Positions 12,701 to 24,580 of a DNA stretch of 64,000 nt are shown piece by piece. Source of the stretch: Takakia lepidozioides. Taxonomy: Eukaryota > Plantae > Bryophyta. The stretch spans positions 7,440,001 to 7,504,000 of the forward strand of contig CM060734.1 in NCBI GenBank assembly GCA_030704615.1. The letters are read 5' to 3'. The notes under the pieces are model-generated. The model searched no databases. It was not told where the DNA came from and saw only the letters and a program-made list of their open reading frames with translations. The first letter of the stretch is position 1. Each line of letters begins with the position of its first letter. The position numbers and the translations under genes are program-made.

Positions 12701-13964
12701 GCCAGAATTCTGTTTTTCTATGACCTGGGCTGGCGATCCATGAGCTTGGGCTCCAAGTCATGAGCGGATACTAGTACTTATGAGCAGAGTGCTTCCAGCA
12801 TGAGCGCGGAAATCTTCGAAAACCTACTTTTTCTCTTACTACTTTCGATTATTTTATCGTTTTGGGCCCGAAAAAAACCTACCTTTATTCGTAGTGTGTT
12901 ACTTGGCGGCTCATGGGTGAGCCATGCCAGCTCATGAGCTCATGGCTCATGGAATAGCAACCCCCCCTTCAAGGACATGCGTGGCTTCTCGGGTCTCGCC
13001 ACGTGCAGGCCGGAGGTCACAGCACGTGGCGCAGTGAGTTGTCTGTTGGTTGCCTTCACGACTTGCAAGTGGAGTCGACAACTGGAGTGTTGAAGTGACA
13101 GATGCAACTGGAGGTTTGAAATGCACTACCTCACTAGTGACCACATCGACTATGGGTTGGGAACCAGGCACTCGTGCTGGTTGCACTGACTTGGGGGCTG
13201 CGACTTGTAGTTCATACATGTGCAATATTGTTTCTACTGTGTCTGAATAGCAACACGGATGCTACGATCGATCTACTACGGCATTGCAACCAACACAATC
13301 CCTGCACACTGGGGATGATCATGTCATTGCCTATTTGATTCAGACTTCAGAACATACAGACCATGCCATCAATGCACGAAATCAAATGCATTGCATGAAG
13401 AAGAGCACGTGACAATGTTTAAGATAACACCTCAAACCTGCCCCATACAGTGCACAAATCCATGAGTCCGTAACGATCAAGATTGGAACCTGTTTATGGA
13501 TACTTCTGTGTTGTCACTTTGGCAGTATCATGTCAAAGTCACTCCAAACTATCAAAGGTTCACTCAACCAGCTAACTTGTAGAATTCAACATGAAAATTT
13601 AGGGCTGATTCTGATAAGAGGGGAAAACATGGTGAAATGTGTTGAAGAAGGTGCCTTGATTAGCAGTGACTGATTTTATGAATTGTGCCGTTGCTGTTGT
13701 GGCTTTTAGTTGACCATGTACCCATGCAGGTTTCCCTTCCACAAGAAATCATAGGTAATCTGGAGCTTGAAATCCGGCCCTCTTGGATGAATCTGGACCC
13801 ACACTCTATCCCTGCTCCTTCAGCTATCCATGCGTCTGCACAAATCATGCATCCATCCTTGCACTTGTTGCTAGCAGATGACAATGACAGCATAGAGTTG
13901 TTCTAGGAAACACCCAACTTAGCTTATCACTTTTAGTTCCTATGCTGAATTGTGTCGACTACTC

Positions 13965-14090
13965 TCTAGTTAGTTTAAAAAATTAAGCGACCGCTTTTTT
14001 TGTCATTTAAAAAAATAATGTGACCGCCACATTGGCGGTCGCTGCTTTTTGTTATTTAAAAAAATGAAACAACCGCTGGTGATGGAGGTT
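13965..14090. mobile_element. Short fragment of the hAT subterminal repeat family seen at 44690-46270
   Basis: aattaagcgaccgc and gtgaccgccacattggcggtcgc motifs in an A/T-tract context. Confidence 0.6.
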
Positions 14091-14682
14091 GGGTAGAGGG
14101 GGTAGAAGTGGATGATGACGCCCCGGAGAATGCATCCCGGACCCTATATGATGAAGCTCCAGAAGATACGGATGTTGGAGAAGGAGATGAAGACATGGCC
14201 ATTGAAAACGAGGTGGAGGATGATTCAGAGGTGTCTTTTGAGGGCCGGGCCATTTATGACGATGACTCCAAGGACCAAGAAGACTTGCAGCTTGATGAGG
14301 ACGAAGAAGTTCCGGATGATGATGTTCAAGTTGATTAGACACGTAATCAAAGCTACATAATAATTCTCGTACCGAACTGTACCCATCCCTTTGATTGATT
14401 TTACATGTACATGCATATTGTAGCTTATTTCTATGATTTATCAATGGCTGTGGCTGATAGTCTTTCAAGAAAGAAGGCAGAGGCAATGAATATGTTGGAG
14501 CAACGCATACAAATGTGGTGTCAAAAGAATTATCAAATGAATGTCACAATCTACAAGAAGGTCCACAACAACAAGCTACACCATAAAGAAAAACAAACAC
14601 CCTACCCCAGTACCATATGAAAAAAAAAAAAAAAAAAAAAAAAACTAAGAACCCAAAAAAACCCTAAACCTAAACCTACAAA

Positions 14683-15052
14683 GCCCGGCCGTCGCCGATT
14701 GCGATGCCAACGCGCATCCTGCGATGCGTTTTTTTGATTTGTGAGGCCGGGGTCGCAAGCCGCGACGGCCCGCCCGCCCGACCCTCTTGCGACGCCCCTC
14801 TTATTGCCCTTCATGTCACCTTGCGTCGAAGACTGGCCCCGGCGCTAGGGGCGACGCTTCGGCGTCGCACGGAAGGGCTGCCTTCTGCCCTTCATGCAAA
14901 CCGTGCGACGGCTGGGCGTCGCCGCCTGGCCCCAGCGCTAGGTTGTGACGCGCGGGTCTGTTTGCGACGGCCCGACGTCGCAAAAAGGCGTCGCGCGGTT
15001 GGCGTCGCACGCTCGGCGCCGCGCGGGGCCGTGGGGGCGTGGCTGGCGTTGC

Positions 15053-15094
<42 letters not shown>
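14683..15094. repeat. GC-rich GCGACG/CGTCGC motif cluster ending in gcaa + ~40-nt poly-C; possible DNA transposon end
   Basis: Many gcgacg/cgtcgc copies; terminus gttgcaacccc resembles 12955-12967. Confidence 0.45.
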
Positions 15095-15119
15095 ATGTAG
15101 TGGTAGCACAATAGCCAAT

Positions 15120-17450
15120 CCAGTGCTGATCCCGCCGCGTAAGTCCAGAAGGCAGATGCTTTTATCCGAGTACTGTCACACAATAGGTGTGGTGTCCAAT
15201 GGTGACAACCAAGGTGGTCTTGGTACAATCACCGCACTGTTCTCCTCTCCTGATGGTACAAAAACCTCTGTCCAGGCTTGTTGCACCCGTCAATCAAGCA
15301 GCTTGCTGCAAATCCTTGCTTGTGCCTCACAGTGGAGTGTGAGCATTCATGACAGACAACTCTGCCATACCATGCAGGCCTTCTTACTCTGCTGGGGGTG
15401 GCAAATCCTCTACATGGGCATTGTCTTTTAGCAACTCTCCAGGCCAACTTACTGTACCTGTGAAGGCTGCTAATGTTGGCATCTTGCCCCTTTGGGTAGC
15501 AACAACACCCCCAATAAATGTCACAGGGAACTGCACACGACTGCTAGGCCCTCCCTTTGCTTTCCAAGTGTCATTGTCGCTGCGTGGCCTATCCCACTTC
15601 TTTTCCGACCGGGAGGAGTCACCCTCCCGTCGGACCTTCTTGTGGTTCAGCTCCGTACGACTCTGTCTTTCACCCCTAGGGACATCCGAGAAGCATTTAG
15701 CTCTTTCAATTGCCTCATTTAAAGTGTTTGGTGGTCTCTCCTCCAATTTCCGCCTGGCCCATGGGCCAGTCCCGCCACAAAGTTGAAGACCATTTCTGGT
15801 TCCGCCATATCTATGACTTCGAGTAACAGAAAAATATAAATATAATTAATATAATTAAATATTTGACGCCTCTCGAAGGAAGCGTAAATTACGGTGTTTC
15901 TTCACCCCGAAGGGTTACTGCCTTCTGCTAGAAAAGTGGACACTTTTGTGACAACAATGGTGGATTGAACCCACAACCACTTCTGATGTGGTATGTGCCC
16001 ATTACCACTGGGCTACAACTTGGTTGTTGAGTAACAACACATTGAATGCCTGCACATAGCCCCGAATGTCATCTGTTTGCTTCAAGTTCCTCATCTTGTC
16101 TGGGTGAGCCAGGACGCGTTGAGTGGTACAAATTGCTTCTTCATGAGTTCCTTGAACCCACTCCAACTCATGGTCTCCGGACTTGCCCATGGTCCTGAAG
16201 GCGCTTCTGCCACCATGTAGCCCCTCAAATAGGTGAGAGCCACCTCCACCCGATCCTTGTCACTTAACTTGGCTGCCCGGAAGTATTGCTCCAACTCCAG
16301 GAGCCAAGTATTGAGTGCCTTCCGATTCCGGACGCCCTCAAAGGTGCTGGGTTCCTTTGGTTTTACCTTGAACTTTGCTTTTGTGGAAGTGGCATTGGTG
16401 GCCCTTGTCACATCCCTTAGGTCCCACCAAACTGCGCCAAAAGCCCTTCCCCAAAAGCTGGTGACATTGGAGGCACCTGTTGATCTAGCAAAGCCTTCGA
16501 AGGGTCCTCGGGCTCCAACTCCTCCAATGCCTCTTGCTCTAGAGCGTCATCACCTTCAGAAGCATAGCTTGCCTCTTTCGGTTGCCGCTCCGGTACTGAT
16601 GCGTCGGCCCTACCAGGCTCACTAGGTTCATCGGCTTTCGGGTCATTCCGCTTGCGCTTAGCCCTGCCCGACCCCATGGTGACGCCGATCTCAAAGACGA
16701 TTGCGTACTCAACTCTAGGTTTTGATATCACGTGTCGTGCACCTCACTTTGGTAACCTCCCCTTCAAGTCATAGTTGCTCGCGTTGATGCGTACGCCCAA
16801 CTCCCAAACTGGCCGCCGGGCCAACTCGGAGCTTTGGCTGCTCACCGGGACATAATGGTCCCCCCTTGCTCCCCCACGGGACCCTCAACAAATCGGGCCC
16901 AGTGGAATTCTCTATGGTTGTAGGCAGTCCGGAATAGCTCCCCCCACACTTTGGTCTCTTTCTGGCTCGTTTGTTCAGTAGCTTTTGGTCACTTAACGGG
17001 CTTGCACCATTCTCGGGGTTACTACTCCTATATATACTTCTGTAGGTGTCGGCATGGGTCTCACAAACAGCCCATGTTTTTTCTGGCGAACCACCATTGT
17101 GACCCTCAATTCCATGTGATGAGTCTTGGCCTACCTACCACGGCCCCAATGGACCATGATGAGCCCCAAGACTCCCCACGACTCCCCCCAGAAGGCTTCA
17201 GCCCCACGGTGAGTCCTATGCCACCCCCACTATGACTCCCTATGTTACGACCACCCCCCGTGGAGCCCCCACCGCAACCAGGCATGCGTGGCTCCCCTAG
17301 TGAGCGCCTCCGCCCCCTTGAGTGCCTTAGGCCCTCGAGGGTGCTTCAGCCCCCATTCTTACTACTGCCGCCCCCACCACAAAGACAACCCCTCTCGTGT
17401 CCCGACCCCCTGCCCTCAAGGCAAAGGCCACCGACAACTTGTCAGTTCTT
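15120..17450 (-). mobile_element. Ty3/gypsy retrotransposon remnant: LTR-like region, decayed PBS, gag
   Basis: Gag-like PKEPSTFEG..WLLELEQYF..LTYLRG, LKQTDDIRGYVQAF and PNTLNEAIERA. tgatatcaaaacctag at ~16712-16728 (minus) resembles a G>A-decayed tggtatcagagc PBS. Confidence 0.75.
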
Positions 17451-18904
17451 TCAGTAACTAAGTAGTCATTATTCGTGTCGTATTAAAGAATTCTTGTATA
17501 TCTGCATGGTGTAGTGCGGCCATGGCACGTGTCATGCCTCCAGGAGAACACGTGCAGTTCCGGTACACAGCCATACGGGGTGTATGTCCGCATTCAAGAC
17601 CGTAGTGAAGTCGCGCCCCCTTGGTCAAAAGTCCACTGTGGTTAAGGTCCAAGACAGAATCAACGCTTCGCGCGGTGGCACCATGTGGCTACACCTTAAA
17701 CGTTTCCGCAAAGTTGCATGCACGTGACTGACCGATATCACTTCCACCACGTAATGTCCGTTGCGACTTCCCTATCCGAACCAACTAGTCTGTTCGGACT
17801 CAAAGTGGTCAAGTCGCATATGTCCGAAACAACTGGTTTCCAGTCATAAAGTGAGTCGTAAAATCACGGATTCCTACTAGTGATCTGAGTCACTGCTCTC
17901 CTAGTTATCTTCCTGATACCTTAGTCAGTATTGCTGGACCATAGGAAACGTCTGCTTTACACCTGCGATGCTCTCGCTTCTCACCCCTCGAATTGACACC
18001 TTGCTCACTCTGCACTCCCCCTCTGCATTAGGTCATCTTATGTTTCGTTCTTTTGGCTAGCCTCTTGTGAACTCTTTTTTATGTAATTTGATCAAAAGGG
18101 CCACCCTCCCCTTTCTTTTTAAAAAACATAAAATAAAATAAAATAAAATAAATTACAGAACTTAGGGACAGACTCGGCCCTTTTGAACAAATTGAAAAAT
18201 AACGGGGAAAAATTAACCTGAGTACAAAGGGGACAGTGGCCCGGCACCCGTTTTAGTAACATGTTCCACCATGGATTATTCACGGCAAGAGAATATTCTA
18301 TAAAAGTGCGTCCCATTGTTCATCCATTGGCATGACAAAAAGGTGCGCGCCAGTTGGTTACGGTATACGAGCATCATCAATTAATTAACAGAAATAAATA
18401 TGGTTGAGGCCTGTGTAACTGATATTGACCCCCAGACGTCCGGGGCAAAGTCCGCACGCGGTAAGTTTAGGCCAAGGCCCTAGAAAATAACCCCAATCGT
18501 TCAAAAAGGGTGGGAAAAGGAAGGCCAGGATGGCAGCACGTGGGAGAGAGCGCAGAGCTGCGACGGGGTCAGGGCTACCTACCGCAACCCCACCGTTTCT
18601 CGATCCCTTTGCAGTGCAGCCTCCCCTCTCGATCTGCCTGCAATCGCCTGTGCTGGATCTGCTCTTTAACAATCTGCAAGCATCGATCCGTGAGAGTATC
18701 GGGAGAGTTGGGAAAAGTGTGGTGAAAGATCGCAAGCCCAAAAAGGGGCGGAGAGAGGAGGTTGTGGAGGTGTGGAAGTGAGAGGAGAGGAAGGGGGCGG
18801 AGGAAGATCGGTGGAGGTGGTGTGAGCGGGAGAAGGTGGAAGAGAAGAGGAGGGCTAAGGCGTGGAAATCACAAGCGGAGGGCAAGGTGGCGGCACACTC
18901 TTTT

Positions 18905-19126
18905 ATGTCTGAAGCCGGTTGCTTCTATCTGGGGTCGGTTGGGCTCTTGGGAGAGTATTGTCCCACCACCAGAAAGAGACATAAGCAGCAGAAGCAGATT
19001 CTGTATGCCGCCGAGCCCGAGGGGGTACTTTCAGCCGGAAGATTGCTTACAAGATGGCGCTTCAGAACATTGGAGCCAGCAATCGAGATGACGCGTTCTA
19101 CCGATACAAGATGCCGCGGCTTGTGA
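18905..19126 (+). promoter_or_regulatory. eIF5 uORF1 (73 aa, MSEAGCFY...), poor Kozak context, overlaps main CDS out of frame
   Basis: ttttATGt at 18905; stop at 19126 lies inside the eIF5 CDS. Confidence 0.7.
19005..19091 (+). promoter_or_regulatory. eIF5 uORF2 (28 aa, [15 protein letters not shown]...), poor context, overlaps main CDS
   Basis: ctgtATGc at 19005, in the third reading frame. Confidence 0.6.
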
Positions 19127-20457
19127 CCAAGATTGAGGGGCGTGGTAATGGAATCAAGACGAATGTGGTGAATATGGTGGAGGTTGCGAAAGCTCTCGCC
19201 AGGCATCCATCTTACACAACCAAATACTTCGGATGCGAGCTTGGTGCGCAGTCCAAGTTTGACGAAAAGACAGGCACATCTCTTGTAAACGGTGCACATG
19301 ACACCTCCAAGCTCGCTGCTCTACTCGAAAACTTCATCAAAAAGTATGTGCAGTGTTACGGATGCGGCAATCCTGAGACTGAGGTGGTCATCACCAAAAC
19401 TCAGCTTATTACCCTTAAGTGTGCCGCATGTGGCTTTTTGTCCGATGTCGACATGCGAGATAAGCTCACAACCTTCATATTGAAGAATCCTCCAGAACAG
19501 AAGAAAGGAGGGAAGAAGGATAAGGCCTCGAGACGGGCTGAGAAAGAGCGCCTGAAGGAAGGTGAGGTGGCCGACGAGGAAATCAAGAAATTGAAGAAGG
19601 AGTCGAAGAAGAAGAAAGGAGCAGATGATGACAAGAAGGTTGTTAAGAAGAAGACTGGATCTGACGATGAGGAGTTGTCACCTCCTGCAAGTCAGGCGGA
19701 TGAAGAGGAGGGCGTGGGAGGTGATGATGATGTCGAGTGGCAGACAGATACATCAGCAGAAGCGGCACAGCGCCGGATCATAGAGCAACTCACCACAGCG
19801 ACAAGTGAAATGGTGATACTCGGCAACGGTGGCACAGAGTCGGCTGAACTGTCACCACGAGTAAAGACTCCTAAGGAGAATAAGGCAAAGCTTTTGAAGA
19901 AGGTGTCCTCCAAGACAGTGGAAGTCCATGGTATTGAAGTCAAAGATATCGAGCTTCCGAAGACGGTTGAGCTGAGCCCTCATGAGAAGCTTGTGAAGGA
20001 ACTCCAGGAATGCTTGCAGAAGGGTTTCACTCCTTCTCAACTTGCATCGCACACTCAGAGCAAAATGGAGCCTCAGCAAGAGGTAATGAGTGCGTACTTC
20101 GAGGCGTTGTTCCAGGGCCTTTCAAAGGGTCTCTCAAAGGAAGTAGGCAAGAGAAAGCTATATTTAGCAAAGGTGGTGGATGATGAGAGCTCTCAAAAGG
20201 AGCTACTTGGTGCTATTGAAGCCTTCTGCTCTGCTCTTCCTCCAGATACTGGTAAAGAGATTGCTGTGCTTCTGAAGATCCTTTACGATGAAGATATTTT
20301 GGAGGAGGAGCAGATTTTGCAGTGGTTTGATAAAGGAACTTCTGCCACAAATGGTTCTGAAGTAGGATGTAAGGCATCCCAAGTAAGGAATTTTGCGCAG
20401 CCATTTGTCTACTGGCTGCGCAGTGCTGAGGCCGAATCAGAAGAGGAGGATGAATGA
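19054..20457 (+). CDS. eIF5: Eukaryotic translation initiation factor 5
   Basis: [24 protein letters not shown], zinc ribbon [15 protein letters not shown]-terminal W2 domain ([11 protein letters not shown]; [10 protein letters not shown]). Optimal aagATGg context; uninterrupted 467 aa. Confidence 0.98.
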   Translation: MALQNIGASNRDDAFYRYKMPRLVTKIEGRGNGIKTNVVNMVEVAKALARHPSYTTKYFGCELGAQSKFDEKTGTSLVNGAHDTSKLAALLENFIKKYVQCYGCGNPETEVVITKTQLITLKCAACGFLSDVDMRDKLTTFILKNPPEQKKGGKKDKASRRAEKERLKEGEVADEEIKKLKKESKKKKGADDDKKVVKKKTGSDDEELSPPASQADEEEGVGGDDDVEWQTDTSAEAAQRRIIEQLTTATSEMVILGNGGTESAELSPRVKTPKENKAKLLKKVSSKTVEVHGIEVKDIELPKTVELSPHEKLVKELQECLQKGFTPSQLASHTQSKMEPQQEVMSAYFEALFQGLSKGLSKEVGKRKLYLAKVVDDESSQKELLGAIEAFCSALPPDTGKEIAVLLKILYDEDILEEEQILQWFDKGTSATNGSEVGCKASQVRNFAQPFVYWLRSAEAESEEEDE

Positions 20458-22479
20458 CTGATGTACTTGGTTGAGCTCTTTTTGCAGGGAGGTTTCCCTG
20501 GTCACAGTAGTATAAAGTGTGTTCGAGCTTTAGCCATGTCTTCACAAGACTCTTGCAGTTACTTGTCATAGTTTTTCTCATAGTATGTACTTGCTACTTG
20601 GTTGATGTCTTATTCAAATTATCCCTATAATGAGTAAGTGGCACAATTGAGCTGGTTACTCTTGCAAGGGTTGAAAGTGGCATATCTACAAGTCATAGGA
20701 AGAGCTTACGCCAATGTGTGGACCTCACCTTCTACTCTTATATAAGTGTTATTACTCTTTCTGCAAGTCTCATTGGCTGAGGTTAAAACTGGTATCTGGC
20801 AACCACTTGCTAGTAGGATCAGCAGAGTCTCTTCACATACATGGAGCATTTCTTCTATGTTCTCTTTACTCTCGTGTCGAAAATTTCATTTGCGTGGAAT
20901 AGTGACTTGCATATGTTTCCTGTCCACTGTTATGATGGCTCTAACTGCAAAGAATCTTCTGTTCTTGTATTGCTGTAGCTAGTAAATGGCAGTTTGCCTT
21001 TCAAGTAATGGTTTGAAGCAACACATTGAATGATGCATTTAGGTTCTGTTGGTACTGTCTGTGAGCAGCAATCTTCGCACTGCGAAAGGTCAAAAGTAAA
21101 CAGATTGGACATGACTTGTATTCTGTCACAGGACTTCATGGCCTTCCTTGCAGCTTATGGGCCGGTAGTCCTGCTTTAGTGATGCAGATGTCATATGCTA
21201 TTAGTGATAGTATATCAGTCTGTCATGGTCTGGCAATTTGGTTGAAATACTGCTGCAACACAGTCCTTACTCTTTGGGTAGAAGCTCTGCATTCAGTTTG
21301 CAGCTCTTGCAATGCCTGCCATGTTCCTTGGGGTCATAGCCATCTCTCCTGTCACCTGCGACCAAGCTACATAGCAGGCTTCAAACTTCACCTGGATGCC
21401 TCCAGACTGAGGAATAGATCGCAATGCAGATCCTTCGAACAAAGCCATGCTCTCCGATGAGAGAGCACTCCATTTCTTCCTTTCTTGCTCTCTCTACGAA
21501 GAGACCGTTCATGGTACCCCGACTTTAAACTCGTAGGTTAGAACATGTAGGAACGTGATCCACAAAGAAGAGGGAAGTGAGCTTTGGAGTGTGAAGGCGT
21601 TTTGGCAGGACGGAAGACACTGCGCTGAGCGTTGTTTGTGGCAAGCCCTCACAACAAGTTATTCAATAAGTATCTTGTCGAATTGACAGGTTGCTCATGA
21701 GGGCAAGCAACACCTGCTCCACAAATCCTTTGTTGCGATAGTAGTTGTTTTGCTTGAGGCAAAACAAAGAATTCAGCACTAGGCTCATTTTGCCAAATTG
21801 TGGAATTCCATAGTGGCTGCAAGTGTAACCTTGATCCGGCTGTGCGAGTTCGTTGAAAAGATCCTCAAGAACTATCTGTGGCGGTGCACGGGGTTGCGAT
21901 GGTGTGTCCTCCGTAGGTCTCTCTTATCAGAATTGGAGTGCCATGAATGTGCGTTGTGCGAGCATTGTATTGTAATTCTCCAGAAATTCTCTGCACAGGT
22001 CGTCATGCTTAGGTTCCAATCAAGCGTGGCAATGAAAAACTTGAGGCAGAGATGCTCCAGCGGTGCCATCGTGGCCTCATCCTTGTCTATTTCCCTAAGA
22101 ACTGGGCTGAGCTTGAAGTTCACGCCCGCGTAAGGACTTCGTAAGGACTTCGATCCTTCCTCTTTACACCCGTTGCCCTTACTTGCGTCATTGGAGTAAG
22201 GGATTGAATGATCAATTCCCTCAGAAGCAATAGCAAGTAAGTGTAGAGAGAGCAAAAAAGAAATTGCTTGGGAAGCAATTGCCAGTGACCAAAAGAGAGG
22301 TGCTTCGGCTCCTCCATGGATTTAAATAGAGAATCCATCAGTGTGGGATTCGGATGAAGTGCCACAGTGCAGACGTTGTCAGTACCTATGCTTGAGATTG
22401 TAGGCCTTCTGCACGTGTTTTAAATAGTCTTCCAGCCCGTTATCAAGAACCAATGGACTTCTTGTGTCACTTTGCCTTG

Positions 22480-23109
22480 GGATGCAAGAGGGGCTGCCCT
22501 GTGGTGGGGACAACAACAATAGTGGGAGTGCGGGCTGAATGGCCCTTGGGTCAAGGTCACCTAAGGGGGCGGAGGCAGCACTCGGCGGGGCTCCCCAACC
22601 GGTGGGCCAGGGACCCCAGTGGGCTGGTCGAGGGGTGGTGGTGGTTTAGAACGAGTGGGAGAACTCATAAGTGGGCTTAGTGGGAGTCATGAGGGAGTCT
22701 CGGGACTTACCACGGGCCAATGGGGCCGCGGAGAGTGGGTCGGGGCTAACCGGGATTCATTACAAGGAGTGTAAGGTCACAGCGGTGGTGCACCAAAAAG
22801 GACGTGGGCTGTTTGTGAGACTCTTGCCACACCTACAGAATTATACATGGGGAGTAGTCACCCGAGAACGGTGCAAGCCCGTTAAGCGATCAAAGCTAGT
22901 TGAGCAAGTGAGCGAGCCGGAAAGCGACCAAGTGTATGGAGCTATTATGGACTACCTACAACCATAGGGATTTTCCACTCAGCCCATATAGGACTTCAAG
23001 GGTTGTGAGAGAGCAAAGAGGGTCTGTTATCCTCTGGTGAGTAGTCGAAGCTCCAAGTCGACATTTGGACCAGTTTGGGAGTTAGGCGCACGTACCAAAG
23101 CGAGTAACA
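22480..23109 (+). mobile_element. LTR-like remnant related to 16740-17250 (opposite orientation), cut at the MULE-2 TIR
   Basis: cagtttgggagttaggcgcacgtaccaaagcgagtaac matches the reverse complement of 16772-16812. Confidence 0.6.
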
Positions 23110-23589
23110 GGGAATGCTAGAACGCGAGCCTGGCCTCGTGAGCCTAGGCATGCTCACGCGAGCCTGTCAACCCAGCCCCACCACAATGCAATTGTACAAG
23201 ATGTAGGGCCTAATACCGCAGTTCCACATCTATTCCCGCGTAAATATTTCCGATTTTCATGAAAATTTCATAAATTTTGCTGATTTTATGAGGAAAGTTG
23301 TTTTCGTTGGGTTCCGCTTCACACCTGAATCAATATTTCTTTATTTTTTAGTATATATTTTTTTAATTCGAAAGTCAATGACACTGTCAGGGAATACGCC
23401 CGATATATATTTTGGGTCATTGTTACAATATTGTCATTTTCAAAGTGAATGACACTGTGAAATGAATGAAGGAAAAAATGAAAAAAGAATGAGAACACGA
23501 AAGAATGAAGGAAAAAATTGCGTGTCTTCCCTACTCTCTATGCAAGATGAATATTGCACTATTTATCAGTGTCATATTACTGCGGTTAA

Positions 23590-24401
23590 CCCTTAAGTTC
23601 CCAAGCGACCTGAATCGGGTCACTTTGAGTTTGCAGGGTCGACCTAATTTTTGCAGATCTAATCTGATGGGGCCCACTCCTGAAGCTTTAATGACAAGGG
23701 ATTTGTCTCGAGTATGATGCAAAAAACAAAATTAAAAAAAAACAAAAGCTGCGACTTACAAAAATATCTTAGATCTTTAATTTACATTTTGGGGCCTGAA
23801 ATGGGCTGTTGACCGCTGACGTGGCAGGTAAACAAGCCCAAAACAGATTGCACTCCAATGGCCATTTTTGGCAGAAATTAGCAATTTTGGAAAAAACACT
23901 TCACCTTGTGGTGTGTGAGCATTACATACACACATCCACCCTTAGCTTTTAAAAAATTTGTAGAAAAAAAATTACTTCATTTGGAGGCACATTTTCTGTT
24001 GTCAATTTTGAGATTTCAACCCCCATGTAATTGCATGAATAGCAAGCATAGGTGAAAAAATCATTTGGACCTGCAATTTAGCGGGGTCATGGCCACTCCA
24101 CTATTGATTTGGAAATGGTGGGTCTTGGGGCAAGCAAAATTGGATAAAGCTAGGTTTTGATTTGGTCAAACCTATTTCTTTCTCACTTTTTCTTTGGGAC
24201 CTGACCGGGCCAACGCTATAATCTCACAATTTCCACGGTGGACTTGGCTCATTTTTTGGTATGTCATGCATAAATGAGCTGGGCCCATTGCTATAAGGCT
24301 GGAATCTGTGGATGATTTTTGGTAGGTTTCTAGGGGCAATTTACTGCAGCTGGGTACTCAAAATTGGTAAAAAGTCAAAAAAGGGCTTGGGAACTTAAGG
24401 G
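23590..24401. mobile_element. Non-autonomous piggyBac-like element (812 bp)
   Basis: TTAA at 23586-23589 and 24402-24405 flank perfect 17-bp TIRs CCCTTAAGTTCCCAAGC / GCTTGGGAACTTAAGGG. Confidence 0.85.
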
Positions 24402-24580
24402 TTAAATACCTATTATCGTGGAAATATTCTGGATTTCTCATGGAGAATGTATACATTTAACAGATTGTGTGAGAAAACCATTTTCCGTTCTTTCCAGCTA
24501 TATATTTTTGGATGAATCTTTCTTTATTTTTGAGTGTCTTCCCTGGGTGCCCGCATTATATTTGGGACAGTTCCCATTAT

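Larger units (their letters stand above)
3840..12967 (+). mobile_element. MULE-1: Mutator-like element with divergent accessory gene and palindrome arrays (left end uncertain)
   Basis: Contains the transposase pseudogene. Right terminus ggctcatggaatagcaaccccc resembles the MULE-2 terminus ggctcacgcgcaagcattccc. ttcatcc motifs begin at ~3850. Confidence 0.55.

Noticed and set aside
13000-13910. Possible exon fragments
   Set aside because: No recognisable domain and no supportable splice model
14704-15431. Poly-Pro/poly-Gly ORFs
   Set aside because: Arise from the ~40-nt poly-C run
17458-17900. Possible retroelement C-terminal fragment
   Set aside because: Too short and lacking diagnostic motifs
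19292-20079. Alternative-frame and antisense ORFs over eIF5
   Set aside because: Shadows of the real CDS
21400-22400. Possible decayed gene downstream of eIF5
   Set aside because: Coding-like composition but no recognisable motif or consistent frame
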